NCBI GenBank assembly: GCA_965223265.1
Contig: OZ244999.1
Coordinates: forward strand, 4,640,001-4,704,000
Origin: Planctomycetota bacterium
GTDB lineage: Bacteria > Planctomycetota > UBA8108 > SXIK01
DNA: 64,000 bases
Reading direction: 5' to 3'
In this document: positions 49,958-59,319 of the stretch, piece by piece
Position numbering within the stretch: the first letter of the stretch is position 1
Layout of the letters: the number at the start of each line of letters is the position of its first letter
Made by a program: the position numbers and the translations under genes
Notes under the pieces: generated by a model
Told to the model about the DNA's origin: nothing
The model's database searches: none
What the model saw: the letters and a program-made list of their open reading frames with translations, nothing else

Positions 49958-52387
49958 TTACGGCTGATTTTCGTCGCTGGCCGTGTCAGTCTGGGTGGCT
50001 GCAGACCGATTTGTACGATCGCCGGCGACTCTCTGCGCAGTCGGAGAGGAATCTGTTGTCGTCCTACTATTCTGTGCCGCCGCGTTGTCGGCGAGCTGCG
50101 CGCCGCGACCTCTTGAAGACGCCGGCGCGACCGGCCCACGGACAAGGACCGTCTCGCCGTCAACTGTCATGAGGATATCGCCACGCAGTGAGACGCACCC
50201 CTGGCGGCCGTCGCGAGTCAGTCGCTCCAGGAGCGTCTTGAATTCGCTCGAGCCAAACTCGACTTCGCGATCTGGCTCTGCGATCTTTCTATTCACCAGC
50301 CTGCTGTCAATCCACCGAGCACCACGGCGGTAGAAGGCGCGATCCGACACTTGCTGCACAGCTGCCACCTCCACTTGGTTGAGGTTCTCGTCGAGGCGGT
50401 TATTGGAGATGTTGAGACAAATCTGCGTCTTGAGTGCGAGACGATTGACGTCTTGGTTGCAGCCACCGATGCCGGTGCGGACGCGCACGGCGCGTCGGAT
50501 AAAATTGCTGCCGGCGTTTGACGCCACCGCTTCACGATCGCTCAGGTCACTGCCCTCGAGGGCGAGAAACGCGGTGTATTCGGAAAGAATCCCGAATTCA
50601 GTGGAAAGATCGACGATTGCGTCCACGAGCTCCTTGAAGCGGGGATCCGTCGCAACACCAGAACTTGCCGTTGGATCAGCACCAAGGTTTCGTATTTCGT
50701 CCTCGAGCATGCCGATCTTCCGGCTCGCCCAGAGTCGCGGCACATAGGCGTTTCGTGTCGTCGCTCGATCAAGGTTGAACGCGAAACGAAACGAACGTTC
50801 CTGGCCTCGGTAGTTTCCACTGAGCACAAAGGTGATTGGCTCCGTCCCGATGTATTTGGCGATGACGTTCAGCTGGTCACCTTCGTAGAGGTCGGGGAGG
50901 GCAGCCGGCAGGAGGTCGCGCACGCGATGCGGTGTGGCGTTGCCGGAGTCGTCGACTGCTACCAGGATAGGCGAGGCGAGCACCGGCCCGGAGAGTTTTC
51001 GAAAGACACTGCCGACCTTGACCTCAACATCCTCGCTGGGTAGCACGAAGGTCGCGCGGCCGCGTGAGGCGTAGGCGAGATTCTCGAGCAGCGGTGTGTT
51101 GACGTCAAATCCGACCCCGAACGTGAAGACTCGGCGTTCCTGATCATTGCGCTTCGAAATCAGCTCCCGAATCGCAGCTTCCGAGGTCTGGCCGACCGTC
51201 GGCAGCCCGTCCGTGAGAAAGAGCACGATCGGCAGCGTGCCGTCGTGCTTCGGCGCAATGAGCGCCTCGAGCAGCGCGTCGTGGAGATTCGTGCCGCCCA
51301 CAGGTGTCACGCCCCGGAGGTATTTCGCAGCGGCGGCGAGCGTTGCGGCAGACTTAATCGCCGCGCCGTCGGAAAAACGATCAACCGCGTCGTTGTAGAC
51401 GAGGAGATGGAACATCTCGCCGTCGTTCAGTCCCGCGATCACCTGCAGAGCCGCTTCTCTCGCCTGCTCGAATTTGCCGTTCTTCATACTGCCCGAACGA
51501 TCGATGACGAGGGTCACTTCGCGCTTGAGGTGCGCGTTTTCATCATCGTCGCCCGCCGCGCGAGACGGCACGCCGCCGAGGAGAAGGAAGTATCCCCCAT
51601 CGGTATTCGCGTCGGGGTAGGCGACAAGTGACGCGCTCATGTCGCCGTGCTCGGCGAGGTAGGAAATGCGCAGCGAGCCAGGATCGATACGACCGCCTCG
51701 TTGCGTCACCGAGAGGCTGACTGAGTTGGCGCTCGTCTGTGTCGCAACAGGATGCGACGGCGAATACACAGTGGCAATCGGAGTCTTAGAGCGAACGGTA
51801 GCGGAGATCTCCCATGGCACATGATAGTCGAGAGATTCGGTGCGCGGCAGGACGTAGTCGATGCGGTCGCCGTCGCGCTCGAGGAGTTCTTCGTAGACCA
51901 GGCGGACACGCTGCGTGCCGTTCGCGGTGACGGGAAAGACGCTCGATCGAATCATGTTGTAGCCGACAAACTCGAGGAGCGCCGGATCCTGCGCCCGCGA
52001 CACGATCGCGTCGTAGGTGCGCCTCGCCTCCTCGCGTGTCAGGAGGCGAGCGGATGTCTCCGGCGCCGAGCCCTGAAACGTGAAATCGCGAACCACCGCG
52101 TGCGGCGGCACGGGGACGACGAGCTCAGCCTCGGCGGCACGCGCGGACGGATTCTGCAGGCCGACCTCGAGCGTCGTCGTCGCCACCTGTTCGGAGATCT
52201 CGACACGTGCCTTGACGTCGGTCATGATGACCGCGTCGGGTGTCGACGGCGCGACGACGCGTGTCTGCGGCACGATCACTGAGCGCGCCGGCGGCGTGGG
52301 AGCCGTGAGCGTCTGTGCCTGCAGCTGTGAGCTGAGCGGACAGAAAAGGGCAAGAGCCACGAAGGCGGCGCGGGTCATTAGAGTCAT
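49958..52387 (-). CDS. Secreted VIT + von Willebrand factor A domain protein
   Basis: ATG 52387 after GAGGTG; signal peptide; VIT region (YDAIVSRAQDPALLEF); MIDAS DRSGSM..GGTN..FLTDG. Confidence 0.88.
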   Translation of the reverse strand: MTLMTRAAFVALALFCPLSSQLQAQTLTAPTPPARSVIVPQTRVVAPSTPDAVIMTDVKARVEISEQVATTTLEVGLQNPSARAAEAELVVPVPPHAVVRDFTFQGSAPETSARLLTREEARRTYDAIVSRAQDPALLEFVGYNMIRSSVFPVTANGTQRVRLVYEELLERDGDRIDYVLPRTESLDYHVPWEISATVRSKTPIATVYSPSHPVATQTSANSVSLSVTQRGGRIDPGSLRISYLAEHGDMSASLVAYPDANTDGGYFLLLGGVPSRAAGDDDENAHLKREVTLVIDRSGSMKNGKFEQAREAALQVIAGLNDGEMFHLLVYNDAVDRFSDGAAIKSAATLAAAAKYLRGVTPVGGTNLHDALLEALIAPKHDGTLPIVLFLTDGLPTVGQTSEAAIRELISKRNDQERRVFTFGVGFDVNTPLLENLAYASRGRATFVLPSEDVEVKVGSVFRKLSGPVLASPILVAVDDSGNATPHRVRDLLPAALPDLYEGDQLNVIAKYIGTEPITFVLSGNYRGQERSFRFAFNLDRATTRNAYVPRLWASRKIGMLEDEIRNLGADPTASSGVATDPRFKELVDAIVDLSTEFGILSEYTAFLALEGSDLSDREAVASNAGSNFIRRAVRVRTGIGGCNQDVNRLALKTQICLNISNNRLDENLNQVEVAAVQQVSDRAFYRRGARWIDSRLVNRKIAEPDREVEFGSSEFKTLLERLTRDGRQGCVSLRGDILMTVDGETVLVRGPVAPASSRGRGAQLADNAAAQNSRTTTDSSPTAQRVAGDRTNRSAATQTDTASDENQP

Positions 52388-52529
52388 CGTCACACCTCGA
52401 AGAATGCCGGTCCGCGCGCACCGATAGACTGCGGGACGCACGGCGGCAGCCGGGATCAAAGGAACGTTGCTGACCGGACCGTTCGGCCAAGCGCTCATCC
52501 AAACGTAGCCCGAGGTGAGGCGAATTCTT

Positions 52530-52546
52530 GTAACGGGTTCGTAACA
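52530..52546 (-). promoter_or_regulatory. Candidate OmpR/PhoB-type direct-repeat box (GTTAC-N6-GTTAC)
   Basis: GTAAC at 52530..52534 and 52541..52545 (11-bp period), about 145 bp upstream of the VIT-vWA/RR/HK operon. Confidence 0.4.
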
Positions 52547-52640
52547 TGTGTTCGACGGTAGCGATGAGAAGAAGGCGGGGGCGGAATCAGAAGCGGGGGC
52601 AACCATGCAGCGGCGGCTCGGGTCGATAGTGCGAGTTGGT

Positions 52641-52837
52641 CAAACACAGCGCACGGGCGTACCTCCCTGAAGTCCACCGTGCGGCGTTCCACGACCGCCG
52701 ATCGAACCGTAGGACAAGGGTCTCTGAGCCCTTCCGGCGGGAAACTTGGTGTTCTCCGTCCCCTTGGGTGCAAAAGAGAAGCGCTTCAAGACCATCCGCG
52801 ATGGGTTTGCGTGGGGGTTTGCGTGGGCGTGGGCGTG
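52641..52837. repeat. Mosaic intergenic repeat, locus 3 (modules A-B)
   Basis: CCGATCGAACC..AAGGG..CTGAGCCCTTCC..CGG.AAACTT matches 19526..19574; TGCAAAAGAG..GCGC.TCAAGACC..CGCGAT..GCGTGGGCG matches 19394..19461. Confidence 0.7.
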
Positions 52838-52938
52838 TTCTACCTTGTGAAAATCCTTCTGTCTCCGTCCACTGCCTCGCATTCGCCGCCAGACTCGTGG
52901 CTTTTCACGTCGGCTCCATCCGAGTAGGCTCGCGCCTC

Positions 52939-54075
52939 ATGTCGCGTCTGCACACCTTCTTTGCCACTTGTGCTCCGGGGCTGGAGCCTCTGCTTCACGA
53001 CGAGGCACGTCGGCTGCGGCTGGCGAGGATCGAACGCCAGGTCGGCGGCGTGCGGTTCGCTGGCCGTCTCGAGGACGCCTGGCGTGCGAACCTCTATTTT
53101 CGTACTGCCATTCGGGTTCTGCAGCGACTTGCGCGCTTTGAGGCACGCGATCAGGACGAGCTCTACAAGGGCGTGCAGGAGCTCGACTGGATGCGCTGGC
53201 TGCGGCCTCACGCCACGCTCGCTGTCAGTGCGCAGTCGAGCGACTCCCAGCTCGATCACTCGCTTTTCGTCGCGCAGCGCACCAAAGACGCCATCGTCGA
53301 CCAGGTGCGAAAAACATCCGGCTCACGCCCGGACGTCGACAAGGAGGATCCCGATCTTCTCGTGCATGTTCACCTCTACCGAGACCGCTGCACGGTGTCC
53401 GTCGACACCTCCGGCGAATCGCTCCACAAGCGCGGTTGGCGACGTTATCAAGGGCGCGCGCCGCTGGCTGAAACGCTTGCTGCTGCCGTCGTTTTACTGT
53501 CGGGGTGGGATCGGCGCTCGCCGCTGCTCGATCCGTTCTGCGGTTCGGCGACGATTCTGATCGAAGCCGCGCTTTTGGCGGCTGACTTCGCGCCCGGTAT
53601 GTTTCGCCGCGGCTTCGCTTTCGAGCGTTTTCCCGATCACGATCCACAGCGCTGGCAGGCGCTCCGCGCCAAGACGCGAGATGCAGCTAGGTTTCCGCCG
53701 CGTTTGATTCTTCGCGGCAGCGACACGAGCGTTCGCGCGATCGAGGGCGCACGTGAAAACCTTGCCGCGGCGGAACTGGACGACCGCATCGAAATCGAGC
53801 AATGCGATGTGTGTGCGTTCGACTTTCGCCGCGGCTGGAACGCCTGGATCGTCACCAATCCTCCATACGGCGAACGTGTCGGCAACACGGGCGAGCTGAT
53901 TCCGCTCTTCGCTGACTTTGGCCGCATTGTTAGCGACCACTGCTCTGGTTACCACCTGGCGCTCTTGTCGGGCTCTCGTGAGCTGACGCGCGCGCTCGGG
54001 ATCAGGGCGGACAGCGCAGTTCGCCTGATGAACGGACGTCTGCCGTGTGAGCTACTGTGCGCGCGGGTGCCGTAG
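52939..54075 (+). CDS. THUMP-domain RNA methyltransferase (RlmL-like, N-terminal module only)
   Basis: FFATCAPGLE, DTSGESLHKRG.R, APLAETLAAA, LDPFCGSATILIEAA, IVTNPPYGER. Confidence 0.9.
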   Translation: MSRLHTFFATCAPGLEPLLHDEARRLRLARIERQVGGVRFAGRLEDAWRANLYFRTAIRVLQRLARFEARDQDELYKGVQELDWMRWLRPHATLAVSAQSSDSQLDHSLFVAQRTKDAIVDQVRKTSGSRPDVDKEDPDLLVHVHLYRDRCTVSVDTSGESLHKRGWRRYQGRAPLAETLAAAVVLLSGWDRRSPLLDPFCGSATILIEAALLAADFAPGMFRRGFAFERFPDHDPQRWQALRAKTRDAARFPPRLILRGSDTSVRAIEGARENLAAAELDDRIEIEQCDVCAFDFRRGWNAWIVTNPPYGERVGNTGELIPLFADFGRIVSDHCSGYHLALLSGSRELTRALGIRADSAVRLMNGRLPCELLCARVP

Positions 54076-54172
54076 GGAGTCAAAACAGGGCGAGGCCTTC
54101 GGAAACGTCACTGCTGCGTCTGGCGGTCGGCAGCAGGTCTAAGGTTGACTTCATCGATCACGGAAAGGACAC

Positions 54173-54388
54173 TTGAACACCTTCTCCTCCCTCCCACGCC
54201 GGCTGAGCCCTTCCACGTCAAGTGGAGGCTTCCACTTGTCACGAACGAGACTCTGCAGCGCAGTGAACGACCTGATTGACCATCTTCGACGGGCGCAGGA
54301 GGAACTGGCGCTGCGCACAGCGCCTGGTGATCAGGTAAGTGGTCCCGGGAATGATTTGTCGTGGCGCTGTCATCGCCGCCACTTATAG
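54173..54388 (+). CDS. Possible small hypothetical protein (71 aa)
   Basis: TTG start preceded by AAAGGA within a ~630-bp gap; no recognisable domain. Confidence 0.25.
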   Translation: MNTFSSLPRRLSPSTSSGGFHLSRTRLCSAVNDLIDHLRRAQEELALRTAPGDQVSGPGNDLSWRCHRRHL

Positions 54389-54710
54389 GCAAACGCCATT
54401 CCACGCACGCAAGATCGCAGAAAAACGACACAAGTCGGTGCGACAACTCAGTCTCGTTCGGGCAGCCGTCTGGCGAGGTAGCGCTCGACTGTTGCGTACT
54501 CGCGACAACTGTTCACAACCGGACGACCGAAAACGACATCAGCGATTTTTTCTTCGATTTGTGACGGTTTTTTTGGTGTTCGCCAACCCCGGCAGAGAAG
54601 GAGGGATCGGTTTTGGTGTCGAGATCTCACGGTCGACACAACCTCGGGACCGGCAGCCACTAGCGGAGCCAAAGCAATGGTAGCTATGGCCACAGAAGCG
54701 TTTCACGGCG

Positions 54711-55502
54711 CTATGGCATCTTGCGCGTCGCGTACAGCAAACCTTCGGTTGGTTTTCGGTTATGCGCTGAGTACTGAACCTCGAAACCATGGGACCGCAG
54801 GCAGTCCACCAAGGTTTCGGCCCGCGCTCGCTCATCGCCGGGAACGATGTGATACTCGCAGTGAATGCGCTGAATCCGCCGCATCGTCGCTTCGTCGGCC
54901 CCACCGAGGATAGCGTATTCAGCGCCCTCGACATCCAATTTGAGTAGGTCGCAGGTGTCGATGTCGTGACGTGCGAAAAGCGTGCGGAGAGACACCACCG
55001 GGACCTCGTCGTAGTGCTCCGACATCGGCACGTCCCGCTCAGAAACGAGCGAGTAGGAGCCGGTCAGGAGGTTTGACTCGGGATGATACAGTCGCTGGAC
55101 GCCGTCTTTGTCTGCGACGGCCGCCTGCACCACCTCGACATTGCGCTCGCCGACATTGCGGCGGAGCTGATCGAAGTTGCCCGCAAACGGCTCGTATGCA
55201 ATCACGCGACGAGCCACCCGCGCGGCTCGAATCGAGAAGAAACCCGCGTTGGCTCCGAGGTCGACCACGCAGTCCCAGCAGCCCGGTGCGAGACCGTCGA
55301 GCTGGTACTCGTCCTTGAGGAACATCTGGCGGAAGATGTGGTACTCCCGCATCCCGCCGCGAATGCGAAACGGGTCCTCGCCGCGTAGCCGCACCGTGAG
55401 GGCAGTCTCCAGCTTCTGCGTCTTACGGAAGCGGATGATCTCCCAGGGATTTTCAGCAATCCGACGAAGCTTGAGGAAGTCGGAAAAATCTGCCAGGCGC
55501 AC
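54711..55502 (-). CDS. FkbM family methyltransferase
   Basis: VVDLGANAGFFS, VIAYEP, IDTCDLLKLDVEGAEY; GAGGAG SD. Confidence 0.9.
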   Translation of the reverse strand: MRLADFSDFLKLRRIAENPWEIIRFRKTQKLETALTVRLRGEDPFRIRGGMREYHIFRQMFLKDEYQLDGLAPGCWDCVVDLGANAGFFSIRAARVARRVIAYEPFAGNFDQLRRNVGERNVEVVQAAVADKDGVQRLYHPESNLLTGSYSLVSERDVPMSEHYDEVPVVSLRTLFARHDIDTCDLLKLDVEGAEYAILGGADEATMRRIQRIHCEYHIVPGDERARAETLVDCLRSHGFEVQYSAHNRKPTEGLLYATRKMP

Positions 55503-55518
55503 GAGACGTCTCCTCTAA

Positions 55519-55678
55519 CAGCCCGTTGAAAAAGTGCTTCGAGCCGAAAACTGGTCTCTTCGCGTCCAGATCGGCCGCGGCAAACGCAGGCAATCTTCGG
55601 GATTTTCGAGTATTGACGCGGTCGAGCTGGGCGTGAAGAGACCAGTTTCCTCGGCCGAATGACTTTTTCAACGGGCTG
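55519..55678 (-). mobile_element. MITE, 160 bp, inverted copy, CTAA duplication
   Basis: Same TIRs; CTAA at 55515..55518 and 55679..55682; differs from the 43544 copy by 1 indel and 5 substitutions (manual comparison). Confidence 0.9.
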
Positions 55679-55803
55679 CTAAGCGTCGGCCAATGGTCGA
55701 TCGAGTCAGCCCGGAAAATAGCCTGTGTGCGCGGTGAAGTCGAAGCAAATCCGCAGTAGCCGGATTGAGACACGCCGGGCTCCAGAGTCCCAAAGAATCA
55801 AAT

Positions 55804-55964
55804 CCCAGGTTCGTTCCCGAGGGTGGGTTCGTTCCCGACGGTGCACGACGCGATCACGTCCGTTTAGAGCGTCTTTCACTCGTCGCCACGCCTCCCAAGA
55901 AAGTCGACCCAGGTTCGCGGCGACGCACGACGCAAAAAAAGTCGACCCAGGTTCGCGGCGACGC
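55804..55964. repeat. Short direct repeats
   Basis: AAAGTCGACCCAGGTTCGCGGCGACGC at 55900..55926 and 55938..55964; GGTTCGTTCCCGA twice within 55808..55838. Confidence 0.75.
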
Positions 55965-56033
55965 GACGCAGCCCCGGCGGCCCCGGCGGCCCACCGACGG
56001 CTGAGACCGCATGACAACCGCCCCACCACCGCC

Positions 56034-58070
56034 TCAGCGCCGCCGCCGCCCCGCCGACCGTCGCCCCGGCCGATATCCGACTCCGGGGGCCCGCTGCGTC
56101 GAATGGACGTGGTCGCCGCCAAGACTCTTCGTCGCCTGCCGAGCCGCCTGCCGGCGCCGGGCCTCGATGGCTGCTGGTGGTGGACGCGACGGAACCAGGC
56201 AATCGCAGCCGTCACCGATGAGGTCGCCACGGCCAGCGTCGAGGAGGATCCGCCTCACCGCGAAGTAATTCTCCGGCATAAAGAACTGCATGAGCGCCCG
56301 CTGTGCTTTGCGGTCACGCATTTTCTTGGCGACCGCGACCGGCTTCCTGGTCATCGGATCGAGGCCAGTGTGGTACATGCAGGCCGCTATGTCGAACGGC
56401 GCCGGGATGAAATCCTGCACCTGTTCAGGTCGATAGCCGCTGCGTTTGAGAAACAGCGCCAACTGAATCATCGCCTCGGTATCGCTCCCAGGATGTGCAG
56501 AGATGAAATATGGCACCAAGTACTGGTTCTTGCCGACATCCTTCGAAGCCGCTGTGAACTTGGCGTCGAAATCCTCAAAGTTCTCGGCGCTCGGCCGCTT
56601 CATTCTCGCCAGCGTCTCACCGTCGCTGTGCTCCTGCGCGACTTTCAGGTGACCGCCGACGTGATGTGTCGCCAGCTCCTTGAGATAACGCGCGTCATGG
56701 CGCGCCAGGTCCATCCGTACGCCACTGGCCACGAACACCTTACGCACCCCGTTTTGCGAACGCGCCGCCTTCATGACTTGGATGAGTGGACCATGGTCAG
56801 TCTCCAGGAGAGGGCACACCTTCGGATGCACACACGAGAGCCGCTTACAGACCGCCTCGACCTGCGGGTCGCGACAACGCATCTCGTACATATTGGCGGT
56901 CGGCCCACCGATGTCGCTGACGATTCCCTTGAAGTCAGAATCCGCAGCCATACGGCGGACCTCACGCTCAATCGACTCCTTGCTCCGCGACTGGATGATC
57001 CGTCCTTGGTGCGTCGTGATCGAACAATACGTGCAGCCGCCAAAGCAGCCACGCATGATCGTCACCGAGTCTTGGACGACCTGAAAGGCAGGGATAGGGT
57101 CGACATAACTCGGATGCGGCTGGCGCGTATATGGGAGCTCGTAGAAAAAGTCCATCGCCCGCTGCGACTCCGGCAGACGCGGCGGATTGCACACCACGGC
57201 CTGACGGTCGTGCCGCTGCACAAGCGTCTTCGCGTTGTACGGATTCGTCTCGAGGTGAATGATGCGCGTCGCTTCCGCAAAAGCGAAGCGGTCAGCCTTG
57301 ACCTCCTCGTAAGACGGAAGGACGGCGACGTCCGGGCCGCTCGGTGGCGCTTCCTTGGCGCCAAGAGCGTAGGCGACCCCGCGGAGCGAACGCAGTGCGC
57401 GGACGTCCTCGCCGCGATCGAGCTGCTGCGCGATCTCGACGATCGCTGACTCCCCCATGCCGAAGACAACAAGGTCTGCCTTCGCATCGAGAATGATGGA
57501 CCGCTTCACCGTGTCGCTCCAGTAGTCGTAGTGCGCGAGGCGTCGCAGGCTCGCCTCAACACCTCCGGCGATCACTGGCACATCTTTGTATGCTTCACGT
57601 GCACGCTGGCAGTACACGAGCGTAGCGCGATCCGGACGCCGACCGATAGCGCCACCTGGCGAGTAGGCATCGTCGTTACGCACCTTTCGGTTCGCGGTGT
57701 AGTGGTTGATCATCGAGTCCATGTTGCCTGCGCTGATGGCGAAGAAGAGACGAGGTCTTCCAAAACGCCGCCACGCGTCAGCGCTCTGCCACTCAGGCTG
57801 CGAAAGGAGTGCGACGCGAAAGCCGTTCGCTTCGAGCGCGCGGCCAAGGATCGCCATAGCGAAACTTGGGTGATCGATGTATGCGTCGCCCGTGACGAAC
57901 ACGACATCGACTTCGTCCCAACCGCGCGCTTCGACCTCACCTGGTGACATCGGTAGGGGCTGCGGCGGCGCGGAATCGGCGGCGGCACGATCGATCCGCT
58001 GCAGCTGAGTCACGGGGATGAACGTCTCCGGTGTGTGCGCACCGGGACGAGGCCGGAGAGACCTCTCCAT
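56034..58070 (-). CDS. ygiQ: YgiQ (UPF0313) family radical SAM protein
   Basis: [33 protein letters not shown] (CxxxCxxC), [28 protein letters not shown]. Confidence 0.93.
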   Translation of the reverse strand: MERSLRPRPGAHTPETFIPVTQLQRIDRAAADSAPPQPLPMSPGEVEARGWDEVDVVFVTGDAYIDHPSFAMAILGRALEANGFRVALLSQPEWQSADAWRRFGRPRLFFAISAGNMDSMINHYTANRKVRNDDAYSPGGAIGRRPDRATLVYCQRAREAYKDVPVIAGGVEASLRRLAHYDYWSDTVKRSIILDAKADLVVFGMGESAIVEIAQQLDRGEDVRALRSLRGVAYALGAKEAPPSGPDVAVLPSYEEVKADRFAFAEATRIIHLETNPYNAKTLVQRHDRQAVVCNPPRLPESQRAMDFFYELPYTRQPHPSYVDPIPAFQVVQDSVTIMRGCFGGCTYCSITTHQGRIIQSRSKESIEREVRRMAADSDFKGIVSDIGGPTANMYEMRCRDPQVEAVCKRLSCVHPKVCPLLETDHGPLIQVMKAARSQNGVRKVFVASGVRMDLARHDARYLKELATHHVGGHLKVAQEHSDGETLARMKRPSAENFEDFDAKFTAASKDVGKNQYLVPYFISAHPGSDTEAMIQLALFLKRSGYRPEQVQDFIPAPFDIAACMYHTGLDPMTRKPVAVAKKMRDRKAQRALMQFFMPENYFAVRRILLDAGRGDLIGDGCDCLVPSRPPPAAIEARRRQAARQATKSLGGDHVHSTQRAPGVGYRPGRRSAGRRRR

Positions 58071-58345
58071 CGCTGAATCAGTCCTTCTGATCGACGCCGT
58101 CCGCTCAACGCTCGCGACGCTATCTTTGCAGTTGACCAGGCCGGCCGACCGACCTCTTGGTCGTCCTCTGGCCAGTTCCGGCCGTAGAACTCGACTGTTC
58201 TACCAGCTCTCGGTCCAAGTGACCACCGCGTTCTCGCGATCCGGCTCCCTTCCATGTCGCGCTGCTACTGCCCCCGAACGGGCTCTCCGCCCCGGCTCCC
58301 CCACTCGTGCCTCTTCCCCTCCGCGCTCGCATCATTTGGATGCCG

Positions 58346-58354
58346 TGGTATGAT
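58346..58354 (+). promoter_or_regulatory. Possible extended -10 element
   Basis: TGGTATGAT about 140 bp upstream of ytxJ; motif match only. Confidence 0.3.
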
Positions 58355-58493
58355 CTTCCTCGCGCTCGGCGGTCGGGGGGCTGTGCGAGAGCGCGGCTCG
58401 CCCGAGTCCATAGCAGCGGCGTGCCGGCCGCGAGCCGGCGCAAAGGACCGAATTCAGTCGAAAGAGCCCAGGCTCGAGAGAGAGGAGTGCCGC

Positions 58494-58835
58494 ATGCCGG
58501 TCATACCGTGGGAATCGTCACGTGATTTCGAAGAGTTCGTCGCTTCCGGCGAAGCCGGATTCATCTTGAAGCACAGCACCCGCTGCCCCGTGTCGAGCGA
58601 GGCCAAAAAAGAGTTCGAGGCGTTCGCCGAAGACTCACCTGACATCCCCGCATTTCTCGTCTTGGTCGTCGAGAACCGGGCCACTTCGAACGCCGTGACG
58701 CAGGAGCTGGACGTCAAACATGCGTCGCCGCAGGCCATTTTAGTGCAGAGCGGAAAAGCAACGTGGAACGCTTCCCACTGGGATGTTACCGCTGCCAATT
58801 TGAAATCCGCTTGGGAAGCCGTCACCGCCAGCTGA
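58494..58835 (+). CDS. ytxJ: YtxJ/BrxC (DUF2847) monothiol redox protein
   Basis: FILKHSTRCPVS, V.ENR.TSN..VKHASPQAIL..WNASH; GAGGAG SD before ATG 58494. Confidence 0.88.
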   Translation: MPVIPWESSRDFEEFVASGEAGFILKHSTRCPVSSEAKKEFEAFAEDSPDIPAFLVLVVENRATSNAVTQELDVKHASPQAILVQSGKATWNASHWDVTAANLKSAWEAVTAS

Positions 58836-58920
58836 GCGCGCCATCATTTCGGTGCGGCGCTTTCCCGTCCGCTAGAACCCCACGTGGCACAGGCACAGCC
58901 ACTCGCCCAGGAGATTCACA

Positions 58921-59295
58921 GTGCTGATTCGCCGTCACCGTGAATGTGAAGAATTCGTCGCCGGCGACGATTCCATCCTGCGTGAACTGCTCCACCCGGA
59001 CAAGCAAGCCGTGGAGCTCCGCTACAGCTTGGCGCACGCCATCGTCCCCGCCGGTCAAGTGACGACGCCGCATCGCCTCCGCACCAGTGAGGTGTATTAC
59101 ATCATCAGCGGCACGGCCGAGATGCACATCGATGGCGAAACGTCGACCATCGGACCGGGCGATGCCGTGTACATTCCGCCTGGTGCAACGCAGTTCGTTC
59201 GCAATAGCAGCAACGAAGCGCTCAAGTTCGTCTGCATTGTCGACCCGGCATGGCGCCAGGAAGACGAAGAGATTCTCGAGCGCGCCAAGGCTTGA
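58921..59295 (+). CDS. Cupin domain protein
   Basis: LRELLHP, YSLAHA.V..G..T.PH.L..SEVYYIISG, GDAVYIPPG; GGAG SD. Confidence 0.88.
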   Translation: MLIRRHRECEEFVAGDDSILRELLHPDKQAVELRYSLAHAIVPAGQVTTPHRLRTSEVYYIISGTAEMHIDGETSTIGPGDAVYIPPGATQFVRNSSNEALKFVCIVDPAWRQEDEEILERAKA

Positions 59296-59319
59296 GCGGA
59301 CAGCTACGCTGTGCGGCGA

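Noticed and set aside
52388-52938. N-terminal extensions of the VIT-vWA and THUMP ORFs
   Set aside because: They cover the divergent promoter region and the mosaic repeat; family-typical N-termini start at 52387 and 52939.
55795-55845. tRNA-like GGTTCG T-loop and TCAAAT anticodon-like sequence
   Set aside because: No acceptor stem, D-arm or cloverleaf could be built.
55900-55964. Possible mini CRISPR array
   Set aside because: Two repeats with an 11-bp spacer and no cas genes.
55725-57449. 574-aa plus-strand ORF
   Set aside because: Antisense to ygiQ, Arg-rich, with no domain.
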